Below, piece by piece: positions 13,788 to 26,000 of a stretch of DNA of 64,000 nucleotides (positions are counted from its first letter, which is position 1; the number at the start of each line of letters is the position of its first letter). Source of the DNA: Sarea resinae (taxonomy: Eukaryota). The notes under the pieces were generated by a model that made no database searches, was not told the DNA's origin, and saw nothing but the letters and a program-made list of their open reading frames with translations. The position numbers and the translations under genes are program-made. The stretch covers positions 186,001-250,000 of the forward strand of contig JAPEUD010000004.1 of the NCBI GenBank assembly GCA_026026165.1, read 5' to 3'.

Positions 13788-14723
13788 AAGTTTTCTTTCA
13801 TCATTGGCGACTCCCCTTCAAAATGCTGGCAAATCTAAGAAATTACTGCCTTTCCTCACGCCTTGAAGGATTTGCATTGACCAAACGAGCTCTCCCTCTC
13901 CCTCCCTCTCCCTCCCTCTCCCCCCTCTCCGAACGCAGCCGTATTCGTACCCGTCCTTTGCTCAATGATCCAGAATTTCAATCCAATCTACTCCACATGT
14001 CCCATCGGTCCGTCGCCGTCGCCATCGCCATGGCCGGGTAAACGATGATCATCTCCAAAGCCAGTATCTCCAGCCTTGGTCTAAATCGGACGTGAGTGCT
14101 TGCAGCGTCCTTGGTTCCAGCCGTCTGTCTACGCTCCGGATCCAATGCAGTCGAAACTTGATTCTCGCCAACGCTCGCGCCAACGCGCTCGCCAAAGCAA
14201 CCATCACGCCAGAACATCGAGGGGCAAAAGACTGGACTTGATTTTCACGACTTCGAAGTGCATCCATGCGTGCTGTCGAGCAATGCCGCCGCCGCTACTG
14301 CTGCTGCTGCTGCTGCGGCTGCTTGCTGATCCCGAGACTAGCCCGGACGGCCGGCCGGCGGGCCGGCGCGGGCCTGGGTCGTTGTCAAGAGAGAGAGAGG
14401 AATGGGAAGAAGTCGGCTTCTGTTGGTTGCTACGCTATGTAGGTATCTGCTATGCGTGCCATGAAGAAGAATCAATCTCCACCTGCCATTGATCCCCGAT
14501 TATCCCACTACCTACCTCCTTGGCAGCCCCGATGGGTCAGTCAGTCAAGAACCTAGAGATCTAGCAACACAGTAAGTTCAACATCCATCGTCAAGCTAGA
14601 TGGCCTATACGATTGACTACTTACTTACTTGCTTACCTACTCACTCACTTCCAATGCCTCTCTACCTTAAGGAAGCAGGTAGGCAGTATCCTACATACCG
14701 TTAGGCCCGCGCGGCTCATGATA

Positions 14724-14750
14724 CCAAGCCAAGCCAAGCCAAGCCAAGCC
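14724..14750 (+). repeat. (CCAAG)n pentanucleotide microsatellite
   Basis: ccaagccaagccaagccaagccaagcc seen directly. Confidence 0.9.
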
Positions 14751-15721
14751 CCCAGCTAAGCCATAGCTTATATTCCTTACATACACAATCTCACTGCCCC
14801 TCGATTTTTTTTTTTGAAAGCCCAGTGTTACGTATGCCCTGACCGTCCATCCTTCCCGCTCTATGCCTTGAATTTTCGGCCCGGCCCGGGGGCCTGGGAA
14901 AAAGTAATTCTTATCGGCTACCTTACCTCATTGGCGGGTGGGCTTGGTGTGGATTTGCTGTGCTGTGCTGTGCCGTGTTGCGCTGTTTTTCGTCTTATCT
15001 TGTTGAATGTGAGTGTGGGTGGGGAAGATTTGGACCCCACCGTCCCATTGTGGTGGGTAGAGGAGTGAGAAAGTGTGTGTGGAGGGGTGTGGAGGAGTGT
15101 GGAGGAGTGTGGAGGATAATAGGGAATGGAATGGTGGTCAGCGCATGGCATGGCTTGAGGAGCGCTGGTGAAGTAAGGTACGGGACGGGAGGCTTATTCA
15201 CTGCCCTGGACGCATCGGCTCTAGTCTTCTGTTGCTGGAAGGTTCGGACCTGTATGGATGCGTACGTGGATTTGTGGAGCTCTATTGCCGTTTGCCTCTT
15301 CGGCATTTCAAAAACTTCAGGCTGCTTTACTCTATCTGCTTTAATTTGATATGTATTTTTATTCTTTAATTCTAGATTTTTTTTCTTTTTTCGGCTTTTG
15401 CGTGTAGAAAGTGAAAAGAAATGAGCAAGAAGATTGCTATCGAGAGACAGAGAGAGAGAGACTGGGAAAGAACTGGATACTAAAGGGGATTCGGTCTGGT
15501 TTGGTCTCCTGCCATTCGTTGCCGTAGCTTCGTTATGGGAAGGCCGTCTCAAGTAAGAAAAATTTGAAAAAAAAAAATTTGAAGAGCTTCTGATGGGCAT
15601 GTTTAAAGGCCTTGCTCTGTGTAACCAGATGTCCACGGAGGCGACAGTTAATTTTGTCCTACCCCTCTTAGACCTTACCCGCTAGGCTATACCTCATCAA
15701 CAATCTCAACGATAGACCCAC

Positions 15722-17669
15722 TCACAGCTCCGTGCGCACTTCCGGTTGCATGACCAATTGCATAGGATCGGCCTCCTTACCAGGGGCGACCTTCTTCTTC
15801 TTGTACTCATGCAGCGCGGGGCGGGTCGAGGCTAGCTTGGCGGCCATATCTCGGCGGATTGGCTGGTAGGCGTCGAACATGCCGGTGGGATCGTACTCTT
15901 GCTTCAGCCGGAGCAGTCTCTCGATTCGCCACGGCTCATAGCCGTATAGCGACTCCATCGGGTCATAGTAGCCGTGCCCGTAGTTGACGTATTGGTGTAG
16001 TCGCCCATAGCCACTGACTTCCACTAATAGCTGCTGCCAGCTCTTGAGCCAGCGATCAATTTCAGAGCGCAGCGAGAGGTCGGTGTAGGTTCCTTGGACA
16101 ATCCTGGGATGGTTAGAAGGGGAAAAAACCACTATGTTCAACGTTAAAGTGTAATGAATGACTTACATGAAGTGGTTCGAGCTTTTCCGCCAGGGGAAAG
16201 CGGAAGAGTCCGGATCGACCGCTCGCACGGCTTGTGAGGCAAACGTTTGGAACATGAGCAGGAATTTGGCCTTGCCAGCGTGCTTCAAGCTCATCTTCTC
16301 CCAGTCCTGCCAGAGGCTCACCATGGCCGACACGTCATACGTGGCCGTATTCGCGGCGTAGAAGTTACGCTGGCCGCCGGGCTGGGCACACAGGACGTTG
16401 TTGAGGCCCTTGTACGTCTCCCATGGGAGTTGCGCCCAGTCGACGTACACTGCTTTTATGTGCAGCGGTGCGAGGTCGAGCCAAGGTTGGAGATGCTCGG
16501 CGGCAGACTCCTTAGTGCCGTGCCAGACGAAGTTGATGTTGATGACGGGCTGGTGGTAGTTCGTTAGTTGGTGATACGTCTTCAGTTGGCCAAAGGACAT
16601 ATCAACTTACCACACCAGCCTCACCGGGGTTATGTCCAGTGATGAAGAAGGCCAAGTTTGGAGGCAGCTCGTTAGCTTGCACCAGGTTCATTAATTTGAA
16701 GACCTGTTCCGTTCTGCTAATCGGAAACTCCATGTCGACCGAGTAGTGCATGCCGTCATTCGTCTGGGGGAAGACCTGGATCTCGGCTTCAAGCCCGATA
16801 CCAAAGTTGTGTCCCGCGCCGCGCAAAGCCCACCATAGGTCGGGGTTGGTCGCTTCCGAGACCTTCTCGATCGTACCGTTCGCGAAGAGCATCGTGACGG
16901 ACTTGATGTTGTCCATGAACAGACCGTACATGCCTTGCAGACGACCAATTCCGGCGCCTAAGCCGACACCCATGACACCCGTGCAAGGGCATGATCCAAC
17001 GGCTGGGATATATCGTCAGTAGTGGACAGTGTATATCAACCGAGTCGCTGAAAGAACAACGTACTGACTTCGTAACCGTTTGCGTGGGTTACATTAGCTA
17101 GTTCGCCAGTCACGGCACCGCCGCCAACGGTGACGATGTTGGTTTTCTTGTCAACTTTGAAGTAGTTCATTCGCCTCATGCTAATCTGGAGGGCATTCTG
17201 GACGGTCTGCGTTGAGGTGGTCAGACCATGGCCTCCTGACTGGGCTAGGAAAGGCATGTCCTTGGACCGAGCATAGTCCACCTAGAAACAAGTTAATTGT
17301 CACAAGATAGTTGATACGAGAGGATTGACTCAGGTAAATTGAGGCGAGTCAATTGTCTCCAAGGGGGGCCATTCAAGAGCAGTCGAGAAGACCTACAGCA
17401 TGTTTGACATCGTCCATCGAAGCAACCGCAACCGCCACACTGAACGTAGGACGGTCGTAGTCGCTGTAACGTGTTACCAGTTCATCGTAGAGAGGCTCCC
17501 CTGGGAAAGCTATTGAGGCTTCCGGGGACAATAGCGGGCCCAGGACTTCCTTTGCATCGGCAGCAATGTCACTGGGAGTCCACACGTTGCCTCCAAACTT
17601 GTTCAGGGCAGAAACATTGCTGGGACCAAGGCAAATGGCCAAAAGAGCAAAAAAAAGGAAAGAAAACAT
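15722..17669 (-). CDS. Secreted FAD-linked oxidoreductase, berberine-bridge-enzyme/VAO-PCMH family; about 5 exons
   Basis: Signal-peptide-like N-terminus MFSFLFFALLAICLGPSNVSA. Motifs AQSGGHG, VGSCPCTGVMGVGLGAGIGRLQGMYGL, DLWWALRGAGHNFGI and C-terminal BBE motif YVNYGHG...LYG...RLLRLKQEYDPTGMF. Confidence 0.9.
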
Positions 17670-18101
17670 GATGCAAGATGTTCGCTGCTGAGAGCTTGGG
17701 AGTTCTTGTGAAGGAGAGTCTGTAAGATCGGGATCTATTCATATAGTCGCCTCCGCCCACCGTTCACTGCTCACGAACCGAAGCAAGTCAAGCGCACGGC
17801 CTATGATATCCGATCGATCGCATAGACGGATCCACGAGTAAAGTCTGTCGGTGAGATATCAGGGGATCAACAGTGCGGATCCCCAAATCTCGTTCGATAT
17901 GACCTACGGGATCTTCGTCCTCGTTGGAAGGAGATTCCTATCACGGTCTCGACCTCGCTGCTCTTAACTGTTCTTGATCCCATCCCCTCGATACCGCCTC
18001 GAGATCGCGAACGAAAAGAGGGGTAAGAAGCATGAACACCCCAACACCCCTCCCAGCCTCGCAGTGACAGTAGCCGCGATAAGCCGAGAAACGCCAAATA
18101 T

Positions 18102-18108
18102 GCAGCAT

Positions 18109-18141
<33 letters not shown>

Positions 18142-18167
18142 CAGCAGCAGCAGCAGCAGCAGCAGCA
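18102..18167 (+). repeat. Compound trinucleotide microsatellite (CAG)n(TAG)n(CAG)n
   Basis: Seen directly; it generates the spurious poly-Ala and poly-Leu ORFs in the track. Confidence 0.9.
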
Positions 18168-19649
18168 CAGATGGACAGAATGCCGTTGGCATGCTGCGGG
18201 TACGAACACAGGTCATCCACCCTAGCTCTTTTGTGGGGTCGTGAGGAAATCGGACGCAGATTCGGACGCCTACATACTGCTAGTATGTTCTGCTCTTCTG
18301 GGCCGTCCGACTCCACTTGGAAGACAGGATAGACGCCCGACAGGTAGGTGAGGATTCCGGAGGAGGAGTAAGGTACGAATACTGGAGTAGGGAGCTGGAA
18401 TCCATGAGGTTCCAGTGGTTGAGATGTCACGGAAGCAAGCGGACCGTTCCCTTAGCGTCCAGCCATGACTGACATGCTCCGACAACCTTGACGCCGCTCG
18501 ACGATGTTATCAACGGTCGAATGCCAATGCCGTTCTAGTCGGGTCGGCTGGATTGGCTCATTTGGCCCAGCCGTGCCACGACGAATGTCGAGGGTTTACG
18601 TGTTGCCGCGCATGCACGACGGTTCAGGGGGCGGGTCCCACCACACAGGTACTTCGTATCTAGTGCTTTGTAGCCATACCCCATAACGCACATACTATCT
18701 ACTTCTTGGGATTCTTCTACCTACCGCTACACCACCTCCTCCGGCGTACACCCGTCCAGACGCCTATCACTCCGCCACTAGCCAGCAGAGGTCAGTGCCC
18801 CACGCGCACATGCGCGGTGCGCTTCGACCGGCGTTGGCGCTCATTGCTCGAGAGCAATGGTGCTGCAACGCCGGCATCATCGATGGCTCCATCGTCTTTG
18901 GCTGCACAGACCAAAATGTGCACAAGCGTGAGGAGCCTGCTGGTGGCACAGAGTCTTCCAATTTGGGAACAGACCCCGCGCCATGGTCCGCACCCAGGTC
19001 CGTATGCTGATGGTCCGCGGTATTGGGATTTCGCGTCTCGGTACGAACCGAGTCAAATGGCGAAGACGGCGGATTGGCGTGCCGACAGGAGAAAAAAGAA
19101 GAAGACGACGAAGACGACGCGCTCGAACTGCATTGTCGGGATGGGATCGCGACCCACCTCGTGTAGGTAAGAAGTACTCAATTGGGACAATGGGAGAGTG
19201 GAAGAACCGGAGGGGCCAATGCGCCCCCGGGCGAGAGTGAAGAGATAAAAGGCAATGGAAAGCGAAGGGCAGGACGATTGAGGATGGACTGAACCCATCT
19301 CGTAATACTGATGGTACCAAGGGCCAATGGGCCGTCAATCCAGGGCAAGGGTCGGTCGAGAAGTCAAGGCTGCGTCTGACGGCCGCCTCGGGTTTGCGTG
19401 TTTGCATCTGCAAGTCCACATTGGGGGCGATTCTGCATCAAATCATTTGATCCAGCTGAGGTATCTGGTGCATATGGTGGTGGCCCCGGCAATTTCTCAT
19501 ATTCCTAGTATTCCTAGTCTTTCTAGTTGACGTCGAATTGAGATAGGATTTGCGTTGTCCGGCGGCATTGTTGCCATGTTATCGTCTGTCTGCAGATCGC
19601 CGCGATCAACATGGACCGAAAAGGGAGTCACCGTTCACAGGCGTGGTGA

Positions 19650-19723
19650 CGGTGATGGTGCTGGTGCTGGTGCTGGCCATGGTAGTGATTATGATTATGA
19701 TGATGATGATGGTGATGATGATG
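19650..19723 (+). repeat. Degenerate GGT/GAT trinucleotide low-complexity tract
   Basis: ggtgatggtgctggtgctgg...gatgatgatgatggtgatgatgatg. Confidence 0.8.
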
Positions 19724-19940
19724 CCTTGCATTCCATTTCCAGTAGCGCGTGGCTTGTCGGCTTCCTTTACGTATCGTATCTATCGACCATGGGTAGGCTT
19801 TCACTGGACCGGCGGAAGAGTTCGGTCCTGTGAGGTCAGCGATAATCGGGCTTGGAATCCAATATGGTTATCTGTTCACCTTACCTACCTAGTGAACAAA
19901 TCGTGGCTTCCTGACTCTGTCTATATCTTCCTCTTTTATC

Positions 19941-19969
19941 TTTTCCCTTTTCCCTTTTCCCTTTTCCCC
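19941..19969 (+). repeat. (TTTTCCC)4 tandem repeat in a polypyrimidine tract upstream of the PKS
   Basis: Seen directly, about 70 nt before the PKS ATG. Confidence 0.9.
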
Positions 19970-20035
19970 TTTCTCTTTTCTCTATTCTCTTCTTGCTTAT
20001 GCTCGCTCCATTGATTCTGCTGCTTCAACTCAGCT

Positions 20036-23000
20036 ATGGCTACGACTGAACGCCTTGACGGGCAAGCCAAAATGTTCAATGGATTCGTCCCGGAGCCCGG
20101 CCAGCCCATGTTGGCCGAGCCAATTGCCATTGTGGGCATGGGTCCGTTCATCCTCCGTTTCCCACAGCAGTCTCTATGATGCCCTCGATACTGACGCATA
20201 CTTGAGTCGCTAGGTTGTCGATGGCCTGGCTCAGCCGTGAACCCGTCTGCCTTCTGGGATATGTTGAGTGAGAAACGCTCTGCTCACTCAGACTTTCCCT
20301 CGAATCGATTTAACATCGATGCCTTCTATCACCCTAATCGTGAAAGACCGGGAAGCCTCACGACAAAGGGTGGCTACTTTATCCAAGAGGATCCCCGACT
20401 CTTTGATCCAGCTTTCTTTGGCATAAATCCCCGAGAAGCCGCGACGTTAGATCCCGCTCAGCGAAAGATACTGGAGGTCGTCTATGAAGCCCTCGAATCT
20501 GCTGGTGCTACCCTTGAATCTATCTCTGGATCATCTACCGGCTGCTTCATGGGCAACTTCAATCATGACCATCTGTTCTCGCAGATCAAGGACTCTGAAT
20601 ATACCCAGCCATACACTGCTACGAGTGCAATTGCACCCTTCTTGTCCAATCGTATCAGCTATGTTTTTAATTTGACAGGGCCAAGGTATGAGCCCAGTAC
20701 CTTACTTTGATACTGAGGAGACTGACGACTGTGCCCAGTTTGACTGTCGACACCGCTTGTTCTGCTTCTTTATATGCCTTGCATCTTGCTTGTTCTTCTC
20801 TGCAGTCTGGCGAATCAGCTGCAGCGATCGTTGGTGCTTCAAATCTCATATTGACTCCGGATATGCAGATGTTTTTGGATAAATTAGGAGCCCTCTCACC
20901 TACGTCTCAATGCCATACCTTTGAGTCGTCAGCCGATGGTTATGGACGTGCGGACGGGTTCGGGGTATTCTATCTAAAGAGACTCTCTGATGCCGTTAGA
21001 GATAGAGACCCTATCCGCTCCGTTATTCGAGCAACTGCCGTGAATGCGTATGCTTCTATGGATTGTCAGTTTTTTTTGTGCGAGCCTACTAATCGTTTGA
21101 CAGGAATGGCAAGAATTCAGGTATAACCCACCCGAGCCCATCAGCACAAGAAGCTGCAATGCGCTTGGCATATGCTCGAGCAGGAAACATCAACCCTGAC
21201 ATGACTGGGTACTACGAGTGTCATGGGACCGGTACACCTGTGGGCGACCCCTTAGAATTATCCGGCATATCGAAAGTCTTCTCAAGTGGCCGAACTCTCG
21301 AAAAGCCACTCCTAATTGGCTCTGTAAGTGGGATCTGTAATTCTGTCGCTTTAACATATCTGACACGAGTGCAGGTCAAGACCAATCTGGGTCACTCGGA
21401 AGCCTCTAGTGGTCTAGCTGGCCTGATGAAAGCTGTCCTTGCCATTGAGAAGGGAGTGATCCCGCCTTCAGTTGGTGCGGAGAACTTGAACCCAAAGAGT
21501 TTGTTAATGACCACACCGTGTGAAATTCGAACTAATCAATTTTCAGTTGACTTTGAGAACAACATGTTTCACATTGTGAAAGAAAATTCCGCGTGGCCTC
21601 CTCATATCCCGTTCCGTCGTGCAAGTGTTGCATCTTCAGGATTTGGTGGAGCCAACGCTCATGTGATCGTTGAAGGTGTTGAGAGCTTCGTTCCCAATTA
21701 TGGCCACGGAAACCGACTGCCTGCATTGTCAGCTAAATCTGACCAGCCTGACTGCTGTAAGGGTGACCAGCAATATCTGTTGCCGTTCTCCGCACATGAC
21801 CGCCTATCTCTGGCCGAGAACATCGAAGCTCTGAGATCAGTCGCTAGTCAATACAGCATCTTAGATCTGTCCTACACTCTGGGTATGCGAAGATCGAAGT
21901 TTCTTCACAGAGCCTTTGCGGTGTCAGATCAGCAAAATCTGTCCTCAAGTCTGGATCAGAACAGTGTGACGAACGCAAGCGCAGTGGTAACGGACCCTCC
22001 TAGTCTAGGGTTCATCTTCACAGGTGGGTACCATGACTTCAGTCTGTATTGTAGTCATCCGCATGTTGCCTTCTACCATAAGCCTCCTTAGCCTCTTCAG
22101 AAAATCCTCTATGCCCCCTGGCAGATACTGACAATGCTTTAGGCCAAGGTGCTCAATGGGCTGGAATGGGCAAAGAGCTTTTACAGAGATTTCCAGTCTT
22201 CAAAAAAACCCTAGAGATTCTAGACAGAGTTCTTCGACTGCTCGATGACCCTCCTCAATGGAAGTTTGAAGATATCTTGCTTGCTCCTCCAGAGACTAGC
22301 ACGGTCAATATCCCGGAAATCTCGCAACCAATTTGCACAGCACTTCAGATTGGTCTGGTTGAGTTGCTGGCATCTTGGGGGATAAAACCTGTGGCGACCA
22401 TGGGCCACTCTTCTGGTGAGTCAGTGTGTTGACCCTTACTTTTAAATTTGAAACTGATTGCCTCTAGGTGAGCTGGGAGCAGCATACTCAGCAGGTATAA
22501 TTACTGGCGAAGAAGCTATTGTTGCTGCCTATTATCGAGGAAAGCTTGTTGAGGAAGTCACCATAAAGGGCTCCATGGCCGCTATTGGCCTAGGAAGAGA
22601 AGATGTGAAAGCCTATCTAGAAGATCATAAGGATTCTGTCACCATTGCAGCCGTCAACTCACCTCAGAGTGTAACACTCAGTGGCGATCCCGACGCAGTT
22701 CAATTGCTGACACAGAAGCTGACAGCCGAGGGAATCTTCGCGCGGCAATTGCATACGGGCGGCAAAGCTTACCATTCATTCCACATGAAGGAGATCTCGG
22801 GTTCATACGAGTCCGTGACATCGGAGGGCCTCAAACGTGTTGTCCAAGAGCCACCGCTGTTGCGACGCCCACTGGTCACCTTTTACTCCTCTGTTCTGGG
22901 CAAGAGATTTCAGGGGTCTGGTCTAGATGCAACTTATTGGCGCGAGAACCTTGAAAGCCCAGTTTTGTTCACTGATGCCTTGGATGAATTGGTTACCAAT

Positions 23001-26000
23001 CAGGAGCTGCCTGTTGATATGCTTGTTGAGATCGGCCCTCACTCTGCGCTTGCTGGCCCTATTCGACAATTAGAGGCGAAGCACCGTTCAGAAGGATCTG
23101 GGTTTCCGGCTTATGCATCGTGCTTGTCCCGTAGAAAGAATGCAGAGACTACGGTTCTTCAGCTTGCAGGAGCACTCTTCACACGATGTGTGCCGCTCAA
23201 CTTTGAAGAAATCAACGCTACTATCGATACCGAGACGGGAGACGCCATCCAAGGCATGGCAATTCCCGACTTGCCCACTTACCGCTTCCAGCACAAGACT
23301 ATATCGTTCTACGAGAATCGGATCGATAAAGAATATAGGCAGAGGAAGTTCCCTCGTCATGACATCCTCGGCTCAAGGCTTCCCGGTTGCTCACCGCGCT
23401 CTCCTGTCTGGCGCAATATATTAAGAGTTCAAGATGTGCCTTGGTTCGAAGATTGTAAAGTAAGCATCATTTTCTGTTGGTTTTCGTGGTAGACGCTAAA
23501 CGATCATCTGTCTCCTAGGTCCTGGGATCTGTAACGCTTTCGCCGGCTTGTTTCATCGCCATGGCAATTGAGGCAGTCACACAGCTTCATACTCAGAAGC
23601 AGGATGCCAGAGCCGTTCTCGGAATTCATTTAGCTACCGTTACATTTGAAGACGCTCTTATCCTGGATAGTTCTGAAGGCGTGGACGTCGTTACACATCT
23701 CCAGGAGCAGAGCATTGGGCTGCCTAGTGTGTCCCATGCTTTTGAAATTGTGTCCGTCCAAGAAGAAAAGGCCGTGCTCCACTGCCATGGGTTTGTCACG
23801 GTAGAAGAGACTAAAGATGGTGAGCGGCATCTCCATTACAATTGCTTGAGCTTTGTGTTGACTTTCCGGGGCTAGTTTTGGCAAGCTCCATGGCTTTTGA
23901 GGCTCCAAGGGCGCTTGCATCGACTGCTTGGTACAATCGATTTGCGAGTCTAGGCCTTGAATATGGGCCAGCTTTCCAAGCATTGGCGGACTTAAGTACA
24001 AATCCTATTGAAGGCGAAGCCTCCGCCAAATTACCCCTTCTCCCAAGGACTGGACGGCCATGCGGAGAGTCTCTCTATAATGTTCATCCTACGGTGATAG
24101 ACGCCTGTGTCCAACTAGGTCTTATTGCAGCTAAAGGTGGCGAGCCACGAAATGTGCATAACCTCGTTAGACCTGTCACGATGTCTCGACTTTTCATTCG
24201 AGGGAGTAATGTATCTCCGTCTGATGATGCATTTGCGTCAGCAATGGCTTGGGGAGAGCGGGAGGAATCTGGTACTCTGACAGCACGAATACAGTTGCTG
24301 GGAGCCACAGGCGAAGTCATCATGGATATTGGAAGTGTCGTTGCAGAGCCTGTCAAAAGCTCAAAGCGGATGAGCTCCATGAACGACATACCATTTACGC
24401 AGGCTGTTTGGAAACCCGATTTCACCAAGCTAAAGTTAGAGCAGGCACGCTCTATGTTCCCGCCACCAATTTTCGAAGCCGCAGAGCTTTTCAGGAAAAC
24501 TGAACAAGCTGCCATCACAATGTTGATTCAGTTCTTCACCGAAATATCCACGAAGATTGATCCCACAAAACTCGATATCGGCCTTGGCAGATTTTGGAAT
24601 TGGATCCATAGGACCGTCGAGCGAGCTGATGCAGGTGAAATTCCCTTTGGAAGAGAGGCCTTCTCTTTAGATGCTTCAAAACGTGAAGCTTTGATCGAGC
24701 GCTTGTGCGCAGAGACAGAGCCACTGTCGATAGAAGCTAAGCTTCTCAAGCGCATGTATGATAACTTGGAACCAATTTTCCAAGGGGAAGCCTCTGCTCA
24801 CGAAGTTCTCATGCGAGACCAACTTCTGCCAAAACTTTACACCAACTCTTCTACAGCATCTGGATCAATGACTCAGCTACGTCGAGTCATTGACCTGATC
24901 GGTCACAAGTCACCAGAGTCAGCGTATCTTGAGATTGGAGGAGGCACTGGTGGGGCAACACGAGAAATTTTGGACACACTTGGCGGAAAGAACCTTGTCC
25001 GTCGGTACGGAAGCTATACTTTCACAGATGTTTCGAGCTATTTCTTGAGCGGTGCTAGGGAAGAATTCAAGGAGTATGATGGGTTGAAATATGCCACTGT
25101 GGATATTGAACGCGATGTTGAGGAGCAAGGCTTTGCGAAGGCCTCCTATGACGTTGTAATAGCTGCCAATGTAAGTTTCTGTTCAATAGCAAGAGGCACC
25201 GCTAATAATAAACAGGTGCTCCATGCAACAACCACAATGAAGGAAACCCTAATCCATGTCAGATCTCTTCTTAAACCCGGTGGAAAGCTTGTGCTTATAG
25301 AAACCACAATCGAGACTGTCTGGTTGGCCATAGTACTGGTAGGAAGTCATGCTGTGCGGTATTGGGTCTTGACTAACAACTGCTATAGGGAGGATTCAGC
25401 GACTATTGGAAGGGAACAAACGATGGCCGGGCAAGCTCGCCATTCATGATAGTCGAGAAGTGGAAGAATTTGCTCCTTGAAACAGGGTTTACTCAGCCTG
25501 AAATCAACCTGGATGACTATATGGAGCCGTCCCGTACCATGAATGTATTGGTATCAACTGCTGTCGAGATTGATCTGCATGTGAATGGTCATGTCGACTC
25601 GAAAGATGATACACTAGTGCTGGTGAGTATTCATCAATATAAGAGCGATCTGGCACTAACATAGAAACTCAGGTCTATCGTTCTCAACCCACGCCTATAG
25701 CGAAGGTGATTGAGAAGTATGCCAATGAAAAAGGGATTCCCACGTGCCTAGTACCTCTATCGGCTTGTACTACGCCGCCAAAGAGGGCAATTATCCTGGC
25801 TGAGCTAGAGGGGTCTTTTCTCTCTAGTATGACAGAAGACGAATATTGCAATCTGCAACGTCTTTCTCAAAGCGCCGAGTCAATCGTTTGGGTTACTTCC
25901 GCCGATTTACTCGCAGAGCACATTCCGGACCCCATCACCATCTCGGGACTTGCAAAAGCCGTCAAGGCTCAGAATCCTTCAATCGCGTTCAGTGTATTCG

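Larger units (their letters stand above)
17670..20035. promoter_or_regulatory. About 2.4 kb divergent (bidirectional) promoter region between the FAD oxidase and the PKS
   Basis: Start codons at 17669(-) and 20036(+) face away from each other with no credible gene between. TATA-like element near 17740-17747 on the minus strand. Confidence 0.6.

Noticed and set aside
14995..15636. 213-aa minus-strand ORF downstream of the FAD oxidase
   Set aside because: Low-complexity, homopolymer- and microsatellite-rich 3' region with no recognisable protein features.
17867..18430. 187-aa and 91-aa minus-strand ORFs with poly-Ala, poly-Thr and poly-Leu
   Set aside because: They arise from the CAG/TAG microsatellite in the divergent promoter and show no domain or splice support.
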